DNA of 40,338 nucleotides from Calditrichota bacterium (GTDB lineage Bacteria > Calditrichota > Calditrichia > RBG-13-44-9 > J075): positions 1-40,338 of the forward strand of contig JAGRBF010000357.1 of the NCBI GenBank assembly GCA_020434205.1, written 5' to 3'. Below, in pieces: positions 9,332 through 17,346 of this stretch (the stretch's first letter is position 1; each line of letters begins with the position of its first letter). The notes under the pieces are model-generated. The model worked only from the letters and a program-made list of their open reading frames with translations, was not told where the DNA came from and ran no database searches. A program made the translations under genes and the position numbers.

Positions 9332-9377
9332 GTAAAAATTCCTGGTTGGTTGTTGGGGTTACAGGGTTGCATGGTTA
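9332..9377 (-). promoter_or_regulatory. Third copy of the TAACCNTG-periodic leader module, filling the GH5-AGE / GH130 intergenic gap
   Basis: Minus-strand read: TAA TAACCATG CAACCCTG TAACCCCA ACAACCAA CCAGGAAT TTTTAC ATG. The first 22 nt differ at 1 position from the module at 13412-13444. Confidence 0.5.
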
Positions 9378-11702
9378 TTAAGGCGCCTTTTCCAGCATTT
9401 CAATACAGCGAATAAGGGCCCGGATGTTGTGGTAATTGACCTTCCAGTCGCGCGCTTTGGGAGCCCGGATTTGTCCGGGACTTTGGTCCAGTCCTTCTTC
9501 GTACCAGCCGCCGTTCACCTTGTCGATCAGGTAGCTGTCTATATAGCGCCATTCGCTCTCAAAAGCGGCCTGGTAGCGCGCTTCGTCCGGATAAAGGCGG
9601 CTCATCAGCAGAAAAGCATTGAGGGCTTCCGCCTGCACCCACCAGGTTTTCACCTCATCGATAATGGAAATGGGACCGTTTTCCTCGAGGTAATAGCCCT
9701 GGTAAAAGAGTCCCCCGTTTTTGAAATCCCACCCGTTGCCCAGGGCATGGTCCACCATTTTCCGGGCAACCTTTGCGGTGCGGGCATCATTTTCCATCCC
9801 CAGCACCGCGGCCGCCTCCAGCATCAGGAAGGCGGTCTCGACATCGTGCCCAAAGCTGACGTGATCGTAATATTTATTGGCCATACGTTCCGCTTCACTG
9901 GCCTGGCGGAAGGACACCGGGGTCCAGTCGCGCTCCAGAAAGAGGGTCAGATACCCTTTTTCGGTGGTGATGGTATCCCGGATGAGGGTCAGGATTTCCA
10001 GCAGGCGCTCGCGCAGGGTGGGGTCCGGCCATACCTGATACAGGGCGGTGTAGGCTTCCAGGATGTGAATGGAGGAATTCTGATCCTTCCAGGGCGCTTC
10101 CTTGCGGGGGTGGCCTTTGAGAAAGGACCAGGAGCCGTCCCGTTCCAGAATATCGATATAGCCGCCTTTTTCCGGATCCCGGCTGTGTTGGTCCAGCCAG
10201 GCGAAGGTTTTTTGGGCCAGTTCCAGGGCCTGCGGATCTTGGGAAACGGTGAAGTAAGCCGACAGGGCGTAAATGGCAAAGGCATTGCTGTAAGCGGTTT
10301 TGGCGCCACCGTCCCCGGCTGCTTCTCCCTTGCGGTTGCGCAGAAAATAAAAGCCGCCGTATTGGGCATCCCACATTTTGTCCCGCAAAAAGCGAAAACC
10401 GTGCGTGGCGATTTCCCGGTAGCGATCGTCCTGATAAAACAGGGCCAGTTGCGAGGCGCTCCACACGTGGCGGGTCTGGGAAACCAGCATCTTGTTCTGA
10501 GCGCCGGCGGGCTGCCAGCGATAGTCAAAATCGCTCAGAAAACCGCCGTCGCTTTTGTCCAGGGTGCGGGGATACCAGGCCCTGACCACGTATTGCTGCA
10601 GAGAATTTTTCAGCTCTGCGACCAAAGCCTTGCGGCCTGTTTCTGCGGCGGCTTCCGCGTTGTTCAGTTTCATCATTTTGTCCCGGAAAAAGGTGCCCTG
10701 GCGGGTCGGCTCAAAGGTCCAGTCGCGGATCAGTTGGGGCGACCATTGGGGATCGAACACCCAGGCGGTCCAGGAAATACCCTTGCGATCGAAAAAGCCG
10801 ATAATGGCCTCGCCGTAGCTTTCATCCCCGATCACCGGGATGTGCGCCCCGCGCTCCCCGCTGCTCATAAAGCCGAACTCCGTGGCCATCAGCGGATAAG
10901 TATCCGCCGCGAATCCCCAGCTTTCCTCCCATTTGTCCTCCCAGGGTTGGGAGCGCTTTTGGGGATAGGGATGGGTTACGTAGGCCACCCCCGGAAAATC
11001 GATAGGGTCGTAGCGCAGGAAGGACAGATCGTATCCCCAATTGAGCCCGGCTACCAGGGGAATGGCCTCCGGATTGATGGCGTAGATCATCGCGATCAGA
11101 TCTTCCATCAGGGTTTTGTGCTGGGCCCAGGTGTATTTCCCCAGTTTCCCCTCATATTGGGTGGGTTCGTTGAAAAGCTCGTAAAAGGCCACGGTGGGAT
11201 TACCGGCATAGCGGGTGGCGATGGTTTGCCAGAAGCGAAAGGTTTCGGTTTGGGTGGTGTTGTACATCGGCAGAAAAAACACCTCGGTGCGCAGATTGCC
11301 GATGGAATGCCAGTCAATAATCACGTGCATCCCAAGCTCTTCCGCCCAGGCCACTCCCTGGTCGATCAGCCGGAGGTAATCCTCCGGGCCGCGCTCCCGC
11401 CAGGCGCTGGGGTGTACCGGAAAACGCACCACGTTGGCGTGCCAGTCTTTGGCGGCCTGGAAGTAGGCCTTATTCCAGCGCTTTTCCTTTTCCAGCTTGT
11501 CCGGATCGGAGAAGGAGACCCCGCGGAACACCACCGGATTGCCCTGACTGTCGACAAATTGATTGCCCTCTACCTTAATCCGGGAGAGGGGGGCGCTTTT
11601 TTCCTGAGGCAAGACGCTTGTCGCCAGAGCGATGATCAGGAAAAGCGGCAAAAGATTTTTTATGGTGCTGAAGCAATTTGCGATCATGATCTTGTCCGTC
11701 AT
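9378..11702 (-). CDS. Bifunctional-looking exported protein: N-terminal GH5 domain fused to a C-terminal AGE-superfamily (cellobiose 2-epimerase / N-acylglucosamine 2-epimerase-like) domain
   Basis: Hydrophobic N-terminus LLPLFLIIALATSVLPQ. GH5 part (about aa 40-345, nt 10668-11585) with ELFNEPT and MATEFGF. AGE part (about aa 350-774, nt 9381-10655) with QNSSIHILEAY, SFGHDVETAFLMLEA and KTWWVQAEALNAF. The start overlaps the upstream stop as ATGA. Confidence 0.75.
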   Translation of the reverse strand: MTDKIMIANCFSTIKNLLPLFLIIALATSVLPQEKSAPLSRIKVEGNQFVDSQGNPVVFRGVSFSDPDKLEKEKRWNKAYFQAAKDWHANVVRFPVHPSAWRERGPEDYLRLIDQGVAWAEELGMHVIIDWHSIGNLRTEVFFLPMYNTTQTETFRFWQTIATRYAGNPTVAFYELFNEPTQYEGKLGKYTWAQHKTLMEDLIAMIYAINPEAIPLVAGLNWGYDLSFLRYDPIDFPGVAYVTHPYPQKRSQPWEDKWEESWGFAADTYPLMATEFGFMSSGERGAHIPVIGDESYGEAIIGFFDRKGISWTAWVFDPQWSPQLIRDWTFEPTRQGTFFRDKMMKLNNAEAAAETGRKALVAELKNSLQQYVVRAWYPRTLDKSDGGFLSDFDYRWQPAGAQNKMLVSQTRHVWSASQLALFYQDDRYREIATHGFRFLRDKMWDAQYGGFYFLRNRKGEAAGDGGAKTAYSNAFAIYALSAYFTVSQDPQALELAQKTFAWLDQHSRDPEKGGYIDILERDGSWSFLKGHPRKEAPWKDQNSSIHILEAYTALYQVWPDPTLRERLLEILTLIRDTITTEKGYLTLFLERDWTPVSFRQASEAERMANKYYDHVSFGHDVETAFLMLEAAAVLGMENDARTAKVARKMVDHALGNGWDFKNGGLFYQGYYLEENGPISIIDEVKTWWVQAEALNAFLLMSRLYPDEARYQAAFESEWRYIDSYLIDKVNGGWYEEGLDQSPGQIRAPKARDWKVNYHNIRALIRCIEMLEKAP

Positions 11703-13405
11703 TTTTGTCGCTTGATAATGCAGGCCAGGTCCCGTTCGAAGGAGGCTACCGCCAGGCGCAGTTGCCCGTCTTCACCCACCCGGACCTTTTCGGTTTTGCC
11801 CATAAAAGTACCGCTTTGCGGATCGTACCAGCGCACCTCATAGGCGCCGGGCAGCATCCCGGGAATCTCCTGGGTAAAGTCCCCCACCTGCTCGAGCTGA
11901 TGCCCTTCGCTGACCATCGACCACTGGTAGTTGAGGTTCTTCATCCACAAAGCGGCATCCGCTCCGGCGTAGATGGCCCGGATAAAGCCGAAGACCTGCT
12001 CGTCCGGTTTGGCCGCCAGGCGCCCCGGCACCAGGGTTTGGAATTTCAGGTGGGCCTGGCCGAAGTCCAGCTCCCCGGCAAAACGGGCCAGGTCCCCGAA
12101 CTTGTGCCACAGATCGAGCGGATCGATGTAGTTGTCCCACCACCAGCTCATGGGAATCACCGGGGTTTCGCTGAACCACCCCGCCCAGATGCTGTTGTGC
12201 AGGCCGATATGCTGGGAATCCGCTTTGGCGGTGCGATCGGCCCCCCGGTATTCCACCCCGAACTCGCCGATCACCATCGGTTTCTGATAAAAATCCACCG
12301 CCATTTCGTGAATATCCACCATGTGAGGGGCCATGTTGAGGGCGTTGTAAATATGAAACATGGCGTAGTCCATCGCGGGGGACCGGAAAGCGTCCGCCAC
12401 CTTTTCCGGATAATTGCGGGTGGCGCTGGTGGAAACCAGCCGTTGGTGCACATCCACCGACTTGATGAACTCGGCCATTTCGATATGCCAGCGGTTCATG
12501 GGAATAGCCTGCCCGGCCATCAGGTCCGCTTCGTTGTAGAACTCCCAGGTGCCCAGACTGGGGCTATGCCCAAAGCGGGAGACGATGTATTTGTATTTGC
12601 GTTTGAAATGTTCGATCGCCACCGCATTGGTAAACAGCTCTTTGCCGTCCGTGCAGGGGCCCCCGTTGATTTTATTGTAGGGACTGTCCAGCCAGCGGTT
12701 TTCCCGGAAAAAACCCTGTCCCTTCTGGGCAATACCGTGATAATCCAGGCACAGCATCACCGCGATGCCATATTGTTCCGCCAGTTCCAGAATCCCGTCC
12801 AGGCGGCGGGCGCTTTCCAGATTGTAAACCCCCAGCCCGGTTTCCTGCCATTCGAAGGAGAGGTTCCAGGGGCACATCCAGATCCGGGTGATATTGGCCC
12901 CGTTTTCCTTCATCTTGCGGAAGTAATGCTCGTAATTATCGGTCCAGCACACGTTCAGTCCGATGCCCCGAAAGGTTTCCCCGTTTTCGTAGGCAAAGGT
13001 GGCGTTATCATCGGCCAGCACCAGTCCGCCGCGCACCCCGGGAGCGCTGTTTTGAACCGGGATCGAGAAGGCAGCGCGTTTTTCGCCGTTTATAATGATG
13101 TTGAAGGCGTGCTCCCCGGCCTGTTTGGGGGCGAAGCGCGCCTCCCACTGCTCCCTTCCCGCCTCATTTTTGCCGTCGTAAAAGAAGGACAGGCTGAGGG
13201 TGGTCAGATCCGGCTGGCGAATTTCCAGCTCTATCTGATTGCTGCGCAGGTCGAAGGGATTTTCGAAACCCAGGTTTTCCTGAAAACGGATTACCAGCGT
13301 TTCAAATTTTTTGCCTTTGGCCGGTTTTTCCAGGGATTCAATGGCCCCGGAAACATTTCCCGCCAGGCAAACGCTCAATATCATCAACAAAAACACTCTG
13401 ATCAT
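11699..13405 (-). CDS. Secreted clan GH-A glycoside hydrolase (GH5-like, mannanase/cellulase type) with N-terminal Ig-like (DUF5060-like) domain
   Basis: Signal peptide MIRVFLLMILSVCLAGNVSG. Acid/base-like WEFYNEAD and nucleophile-like VIGEFGVEY. The ATG at 13405 follows a GAGGTG Shine-Dalgarno, and the track's GTG at 13411 lies inside that Shine-Dalgarno. Confidence 0.7.
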   Translation of the reverse strand: MIRVFLLMILSVCLAGNVSGAIESLEKPAKGKKFETLVIRFQENLGFENPFDLRSNQIELEIRQPDLTTLSLSFFYDGKNEAGREQWEARFAPKQAGEHAFNIIINGEKRAAFSIPVQNSAPGVRGGLVLADDNATFAYENGETFRGIGLNVCWTDNYEHYFRKMKENGANITRIWMCPWNLSFEWQETGLGVYNLESARRLDGILELAEQYGIAVMLCLDYHGIAQKGQGFFRENRWLDSPYNKINGGPCTDGKELFTNAVAIEHFKRKYKYIVSRFGHSPSLGTWEFYNEADLMAGQAIPMNRWHIEMAEFIKSVDVHQRLVSTSATRNYPEKVADAFRSPAMDYAMFHIYNALNMAPHMVDIHEMAVDFYQKPMVIGEFGVEYRGADRTAKADSQHIGLHNSIWAGWFSETPVIPMSWWWDNYIDPLDLWHKFGDLARFAGELDFGQAHLKFQTLVPGRLAAKPDEQVFGFIRAIYAGADAALWMKNLNYQWSMVSEGHQLEQVGDFTQEIPGMLPGAYEVRWYDPQSGTFMGKTEKVRVGEDGQLRLAVASFERDLACIIKRQK

Positions 13406-13453
13406 CGACACCTCAATTAGACAGGGTTACAGGGTTACATGGTTATCGCCTGC

Positions 13454-13509
13454 GGCGATGGGCGAATAGCGAGAAGCGAATAGCGAGAAGCGATCAGCGA
13501 TCAGCGATT
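13454..13509 (-). repeat. Tandem array of 8 units of 7 bp (plus strand RGCGANN, the complement of the NNTCGCY units in copy 1)
   Basis: Read directly: ggcgatg ggcgaat agcgaga agcgaat agcgaga agcgatc agcgatc agcgatt. Confidence 0.9.
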
Positions 13510-13532
13510 GTCTTTTTCTCGCTTTTCCAAGA

Positions 13533-13660
13533 GTCTTCCGGTCTTCCGGTCTTCCGGTCTTTTTGTCCTCTGGTCCTCTGGTCTATCAGTCTTCCGGTCT
13601 TCCGGTCTTCCGGTCTTTTTGTCCTCTGGTCTATCAGTCTTCCCGTCTTCGGATCTTCTT
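13533..13660 (-). repeat. Tandem array of 16 units of 8 bp (plus strand GTCTTCCG / GTCCTCTG / GTCTATCA / GTCTTTTT) with a higher-order repeat
   Basis: Read directly. Units 13533-13588 (7 units) and 13589-13636 (6 units) repeat the same order: 3 x GTCTTCCG, GTCTTTTT, 1-2 x GTCCTCTG, GTCTATCA. Confidence 0.95.
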
Positions 13661-13663
13661 CCC

Positions 13664-16165
13664 CTAATTCCCCTCCTGCAACAGGGCCTCCCCGGCCAGG
13701 GTCAGGAACATAAAATGGGTGGCGCCCCCGCCGATCACGTATTCGGTCTGATGCCAGAAGAACGGCCATTTTTTCAACTCCGGCAAATCCGGCCGCACCA
13801 ACCCCGTGCCGGAAACCACCCCGCCGGGGATGTAAGACCAGTCGGCCCGGTTGGTCCCGTAGGCGATCTCCACGGACTCCCCCCCAACCCCGGAAACAAA
13901 GGATGCGTGGTTATCCCCGGGATGGACGCCCAGCATAAAATTGAGCGCGTTAAAGACCGGCTCCCGGGAAAAGCGCTCCGGCCAGGCGCGGTGCAAATAA
14001 TAATACTGCATGGCAAAACGCTGGATGTCCCAGCCGGGGCCCCAAATGCGCGGGCGATAGGGCACCCCGTAAGGATTGCGATCCATTTCTTCCTGGAGCT
14101 TCCGGGCGGCATCTCCCGCCGCAGTGCTGATCTTTTCCCGAAAATCGGGGTTTTGCAGGCGCGGCCACACTCTGGCGATCAGCCAGCCCAGGCGCTCAAA
14201 CTGCCCCGCAATAATCTCGCCCTGTGCTTCGATGGCCTCCCGGTACTGCGCCTTGCCGGTGGTCAGGAGTAATTCGCAGGAGGCCTCGACCCGTGCCGCG
14301 GCAAATTCCGGGCGACCGGCATAGCTCTCCCAGATCTTTTCGGCGATGGCGAGGGTCTCCCGGGACAGGTCGCGATTGTAGTTCTGCATCACCCGCACCG
14401 CGGCAGCCAGGCAGGCGGCCACATAGAGCTCCCGGCCGGGATTCTCCTCGGTAAACACCCGCCGGTCGTCGTTGCGGCCGGAGCGTTGCCCCAGCATTTC
14501 TCCGGGCCGCAGGGTGCTGTCGAAATTCAGGTTATCGGTCATCACCGAGCCGTCGCCCAGCAGGACGTACTGGCGCAAATCCGGACAGATGATCCCGCGG
14601 TACAGGCGGCCCAGATTGCGATATCCGCCGACGATACTGAGCAGCCCGTGCTCGATCTGCTGCAAAATATCCAGTTTGCCATCCGGGCGGTGCAGTTCCA
14701 CCAGACGCGCCTGCTGGTCCACGGTGGTCTGATCGTAATGGACCCCGAATGCCTCGCGCATCAGGGCCAGCACCCGCACCGTTCCGGCCTGGGATTCCAC
14801 CCGCAGGTCGTAATCGCCGGCATCGTGCCATCCCCCGCGATCCAGCCCCGGGACATGCTGGCCGGATTCATAACGGGTCAGGGTGGAAGGCCCCTGGCGG
14901 TAGCCGTCGAAATGCAGGGTATCGGTATCCGCCATCAGGGCGTCGTCGAGATGACAGACCCCGTGCCAGACCCGGTAGCGGTCGTTGATGCGCATGTGGC
15001 ACATTTGCACCGGCAGGAAGTAGGCCAGAGTGGGCTGCCAGACGTGGCGCTCCAGAACCTGCGGGTCGATGCGAAAGGGATGGGATTGGATATTGCCGTA
15101 ACTGATCCGGTAAGTGCCCGGCTCTTCAACATTGGAGAAATCGAAGGTTTTGTACTGATAGCGCAGGAATTTTCCCCAGGAGGCCGGCTGGCGACGGATT
15201 ATGGCTTTAGCCTCTCCCGAGGCGGCAATACGCCACAGGGTCACCTCCGGCTCCCCTTCCTCCCTGGCATCGCATTCGATAACCGCCACCTTGCTCTGGC
15301 GGGGATGATATCCCAATTGAGAAAGCTGGATCTGAGGCGGGTAACGCCAGCCGGGAACGGTATGGGCGGAAATACGCCAGCGAATCGCCCCTTCTGTGGC
15401 GCCGGAGGGAATGGGGCCGCGCACGATAAACCAGCCGTTGTTGTGGTGAGCTCTGCCGTCCAGCAACTCCAGCTGACCGCTTTGGGCGGTGATGGTGAGG
15501 CGTTGCAGGGGGTTTTCCGGGGCCACGGTCAGGCTTTTTCCGGTGGCGAGGGGGGCCACTTCCCAGGTATCCGGATCCTGGCCCGGCACCATCGGCCCGT
15601 TCAACTGGCGCGGAAAAAGGCCGCCCCGCTGGTCCATCTGATAGGTTTTGCCGAAGAGGTCGGTGGGAAAAAGCTCCAGATTAAAACCGACCTTCCCGAT
15701 CCACCCTTCCGGTAGCGGCTGGTCGAGGTCTACGGAAATCAGGATATCCGGACCTTCGGCTTTCAGGGAGATGCGGTAGGAAAAGTTTAAGTCGGGATAA
15801 GTGATGGGGTTAAATCCCTTGCGATCCAGATCCGGATTGGGATAGCTGCCGGGCACGGTAATGCGGTTGTTATCCCGGTCTATCTGCGGCTCGCCGATTT
15901 TCGGCACCGGCTGCCACTGGCCGGGAGCGGGCTCCAGGCGCACGTCCCCGTTGGCGGCCACCCGGGATCCGTGCTGGATAAGGGTGATCCCGCCCTGGTG
16001 CCCCTCGGGATAAATATCCTGAAAGGCCATGACGTTCAGGCCCGGCATCTCGAAATAACCCAGGTCGTTCAGGCGCAGCCCGTCCTGCCCTAACAAACAG
16101 GAAATTTGTAACAGCAGGGCCAGGAGAACCGCTATCCCGGACACCCTTTTTTCACTTCGGATCAT
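13664..16165 (-). CDS. Secreted GH9-family glycoside hydrolase with N-terminal Ig-like domain
   Basis: 833 aa with signal peptide VSGIAVLLALLLQISCLLGQ. GH9 signature DRGGWHDAGDYDLRV and a C-terminal QTEYVIGGGA resembling the catalytic-Glu block. The size fits Ig-like plus (alpha/alpha)6 GH9 enzymes. Confidence 0.7.
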   Translation of the reverse strand: MIRSEKRVSGIAVLLALLLQISCLLGQDGLRLNDLGYFEMPGLNVMAFQDIYPEGHQGGITLIQHGSRVAANGDVRLEPAPGQWQPVPKIGEPQIDRDNNRITVPGSYPNPDLDRKGFNPITYPDLNFSYRISLKAEGPDILISVDLDQPLPEGWIGKVGFNLELFPTDLFGKTYQMDQRGGLFPRQLNGPMVPGQDPDTWEVAPLATGKSLTVAPENPLQRLTITAQSGQLELLDGRAHHNNGWFIVRGPIPSGATEGAIRWRISAHTVPGWRYPPQIQLSQLGYHPRQSKVAVIECDAREEGEPEVTLWRIAASGEAKAIIRRQPASWGKFLRYQYKTFDFSNVEEPGTYRISYGNIQSHPFRIDPQVLERHVWQPTLAYFLPVQMCHMRINDRYRVWHGVCHLDDALMADTDTLHFDGYRQGPSTLTRYESGQHVPGLDRGGWHDAGDYDLRVESQAGTVRVLALMREAFGVHYDQTTVDQQARLVELHRPDGKLDILQQIEHGLLSIVGGYRNLGRLYRGIICPDLRQYVLLGDGSVMTDNLNFDSTLRPGEMLGQRSGRNDDRRVFTEENPGRELYVAACLAAAVRVMQNYNRDLSRETLAIAEKIWESYAGRPEFAAARVEASCELLLTTGKAQYREAIEAQGEIIAGQFERLGWLIARVWPRLQNPDFREKISTAAGDAARKLQEEMDRNPYGVPYRPRIWGPGWDIQRFAMQYYYLHRAWPERFSREPVFNALNFMLGVHPGDNHASFVSGVGGESVEIAYGTNRADWSYIPGGVVSGTGLVRPDLPELKKWPFFWHQTEYVIGGGATHFMFLTLAGEALLQEGN

Positions 16166-16218
16166 GTAGTCCCCACATCAAACGACCATCGTATTCCCGG
16201 AACGGTCGACAGAATATT

Positions 16219-17331
16219 TCAATAAGCTTTCAGCAACTCCAGCATTTTCCGATCGAGCTTATGCCCGCGGTAATTTTCGTATTTCACATCGCCGCGGTTG
16301 CTGTTGAGAGGGCCGAAATCTCCCTTCAGATTCCACATGGCCTGTCCCCAGCCCGCATCCTTCCACAGGGAAAGAACATCTTCCATCCAGGCCATGGCCA
16401 CCGGGTGCGGCGTTTTGTTGTAGCATCCCCACTCCCCGACGTGCACGCTGATCCCCTGCTCCACCAGGGGTTGCCAGCGGTCGATGAGCTTGGCCTTCAG
16501 GGCGGCTTTGTCCCACAGTTTACCATCGTCGCCTTTTAGAGGCCAGGTGGGCGGGTCGAAGGTTTCGAATTCATCCTCGGGCACCCAGGTCGCGGTGTAA
16601 TGGCTCACGCTCATAGGATCATACCCGCGGGTGCTCTGCACCAGGCCCAGCCCGGCAATGCCCATCACCGGGTTACGCCCGATATCTTTGCCGTCCGCGA
16701 CGATCAGGCGCTCGGGATCTTCCTCGCGAATTCCCTGAACCAGGGCTTCCACGATCTCCACATAGCGTTTTTCATCCTTCATCTTGGGCGGCTCATTGAT
16801 CAAATCGAAACTGAGCCGCGAATTGGGGATGCCCTTGTAGCGCGCGGCAAAATGTTTCCAGTGATAAACCGCGGCATCCAGGGCCTTTTTCATGTTTTCG
16901 GGGGTATCGTCGAACAGATCGACCGGCTCCAGATTGCGCCCGTTAATGCAGTATCCGGGCACCCGGTGGAAGTTCAGGTTGATGTGCACCTGATACTGTT
17001 TGCCGAGCTCCACCACCGCGTCGATATCTTTGAGCACGGACTCGTCCATCTTGCGCCAATCCTCCACCGAACCCCAGCTCCAGTAGGACATGGGGATTCT
17101 GGCAAAGTCGAATCCCCAATCGGCCATAATCTCAAAATCTTCTTCTTCGAACTTTTGGTGGGGATTGCGGCCGCTGAACTTGGCCAACAGGTTAAATCCG
17201 CGATAGCGGGGAAAGGTTACCGGAACCGGCAACGACTTTTCCGGGCCGGAAGCAGCCTCCAGGGGATTCCTCACCAGGGAGAGCGCTCCCAGGGCGCTCA
17301 TGCTGGTCTTCAAAAAATCTCGGCGATTCAC
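16219..17331 (-). CDS. Tat-exported GH5 glycoside hydrolase (cellulase/mannanase type)
   Basis: GTG start preceded by AAGGGAG. Twin-arginine motif MNRRDFLKTSMSALGALSL, acid/base FDLINEPP and nucleophile HVGEWG. Confidence 0.85.
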   Translation of the reverse strand: MNRRDFLKTSMSALGALSLVRNPLEAASGPEKSLPVPVTFPRYRGFNLLAKFSGRNPHQKFEEEDFEIMADWGFDFARIPMSYWSWGSVEDWRKMDESVLKDIDAVVELGKQYQVHINLNFHRVPGYCINGRNLEPVDLFDDTPENMKKALDAAVYHWKHFAARYKGIPNSRLSFDLINEPPKMKDEKRYVEIVEALVQGIREEDPERLIVADGKDIGRNPVMGIAGLGLVQSTRGYDPMSVSHYTATWVPEDEFETFDPPTWPLKGDDGKLWDKAALKAKLIDRWQPLVEQGISVHVGEWGCYNKTPHPVAMAWMEDVLSLWKDAGWGQAMWNLKGDFGPLNSNRGDVKYENYRGHKLDRKMLELLKAY

Positions 17332-17346
17332 TCGCGCACTCCCTTC

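Larger units (their letters stand above)
13412..13663 (-). repeat. Composite non-coding element, copy 2 (same module order as 3569-3922, read on the minus strand)
   Basis: Starts immediately after the GH9 stop (13664) and ends at the Shine-Dalgarno/ATG of the next gene. Contains GGGGAAGAAGATCC, an 8-mer array, the junction GACTCTTGGAAAAGCGAGAAAAAGACAATCGCTGATCGC, a 7-mer array, the hairpin at 13445-13459 and three TAACCNTG units. Confidence 0.9.

Noticed and set aside
9429-11843. Very long plus-strand ORFs opposite real genes: 9429-11843, 11705-13420, 14486-15715, 19288-21828, 22058-25069, 27361-28188 (minus), 30247-31527, 31671-32942, 33547-34731, 35308-36897, 36371-37489, 37517-38674 and 38487-39824
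   Set aside because: Their translations are Gly/Pro/Ala/Arg/His-rich low-complexity sequences with no motifs. Each is the mirror of a motif-rich gene on the other strand. These are typical shadow ORFs of GC-rich DNA.
13405-13414. GTG starts proposed by the track at 13411 and at 34866
   Set aside because: In both cases the GTG is the last triplet of a GAGGTG Shine-Dalgarno located 3 nt before an in-frame ATG that begins a normal signal peptide. The ATG (13405 or 34860) is the more likely start.
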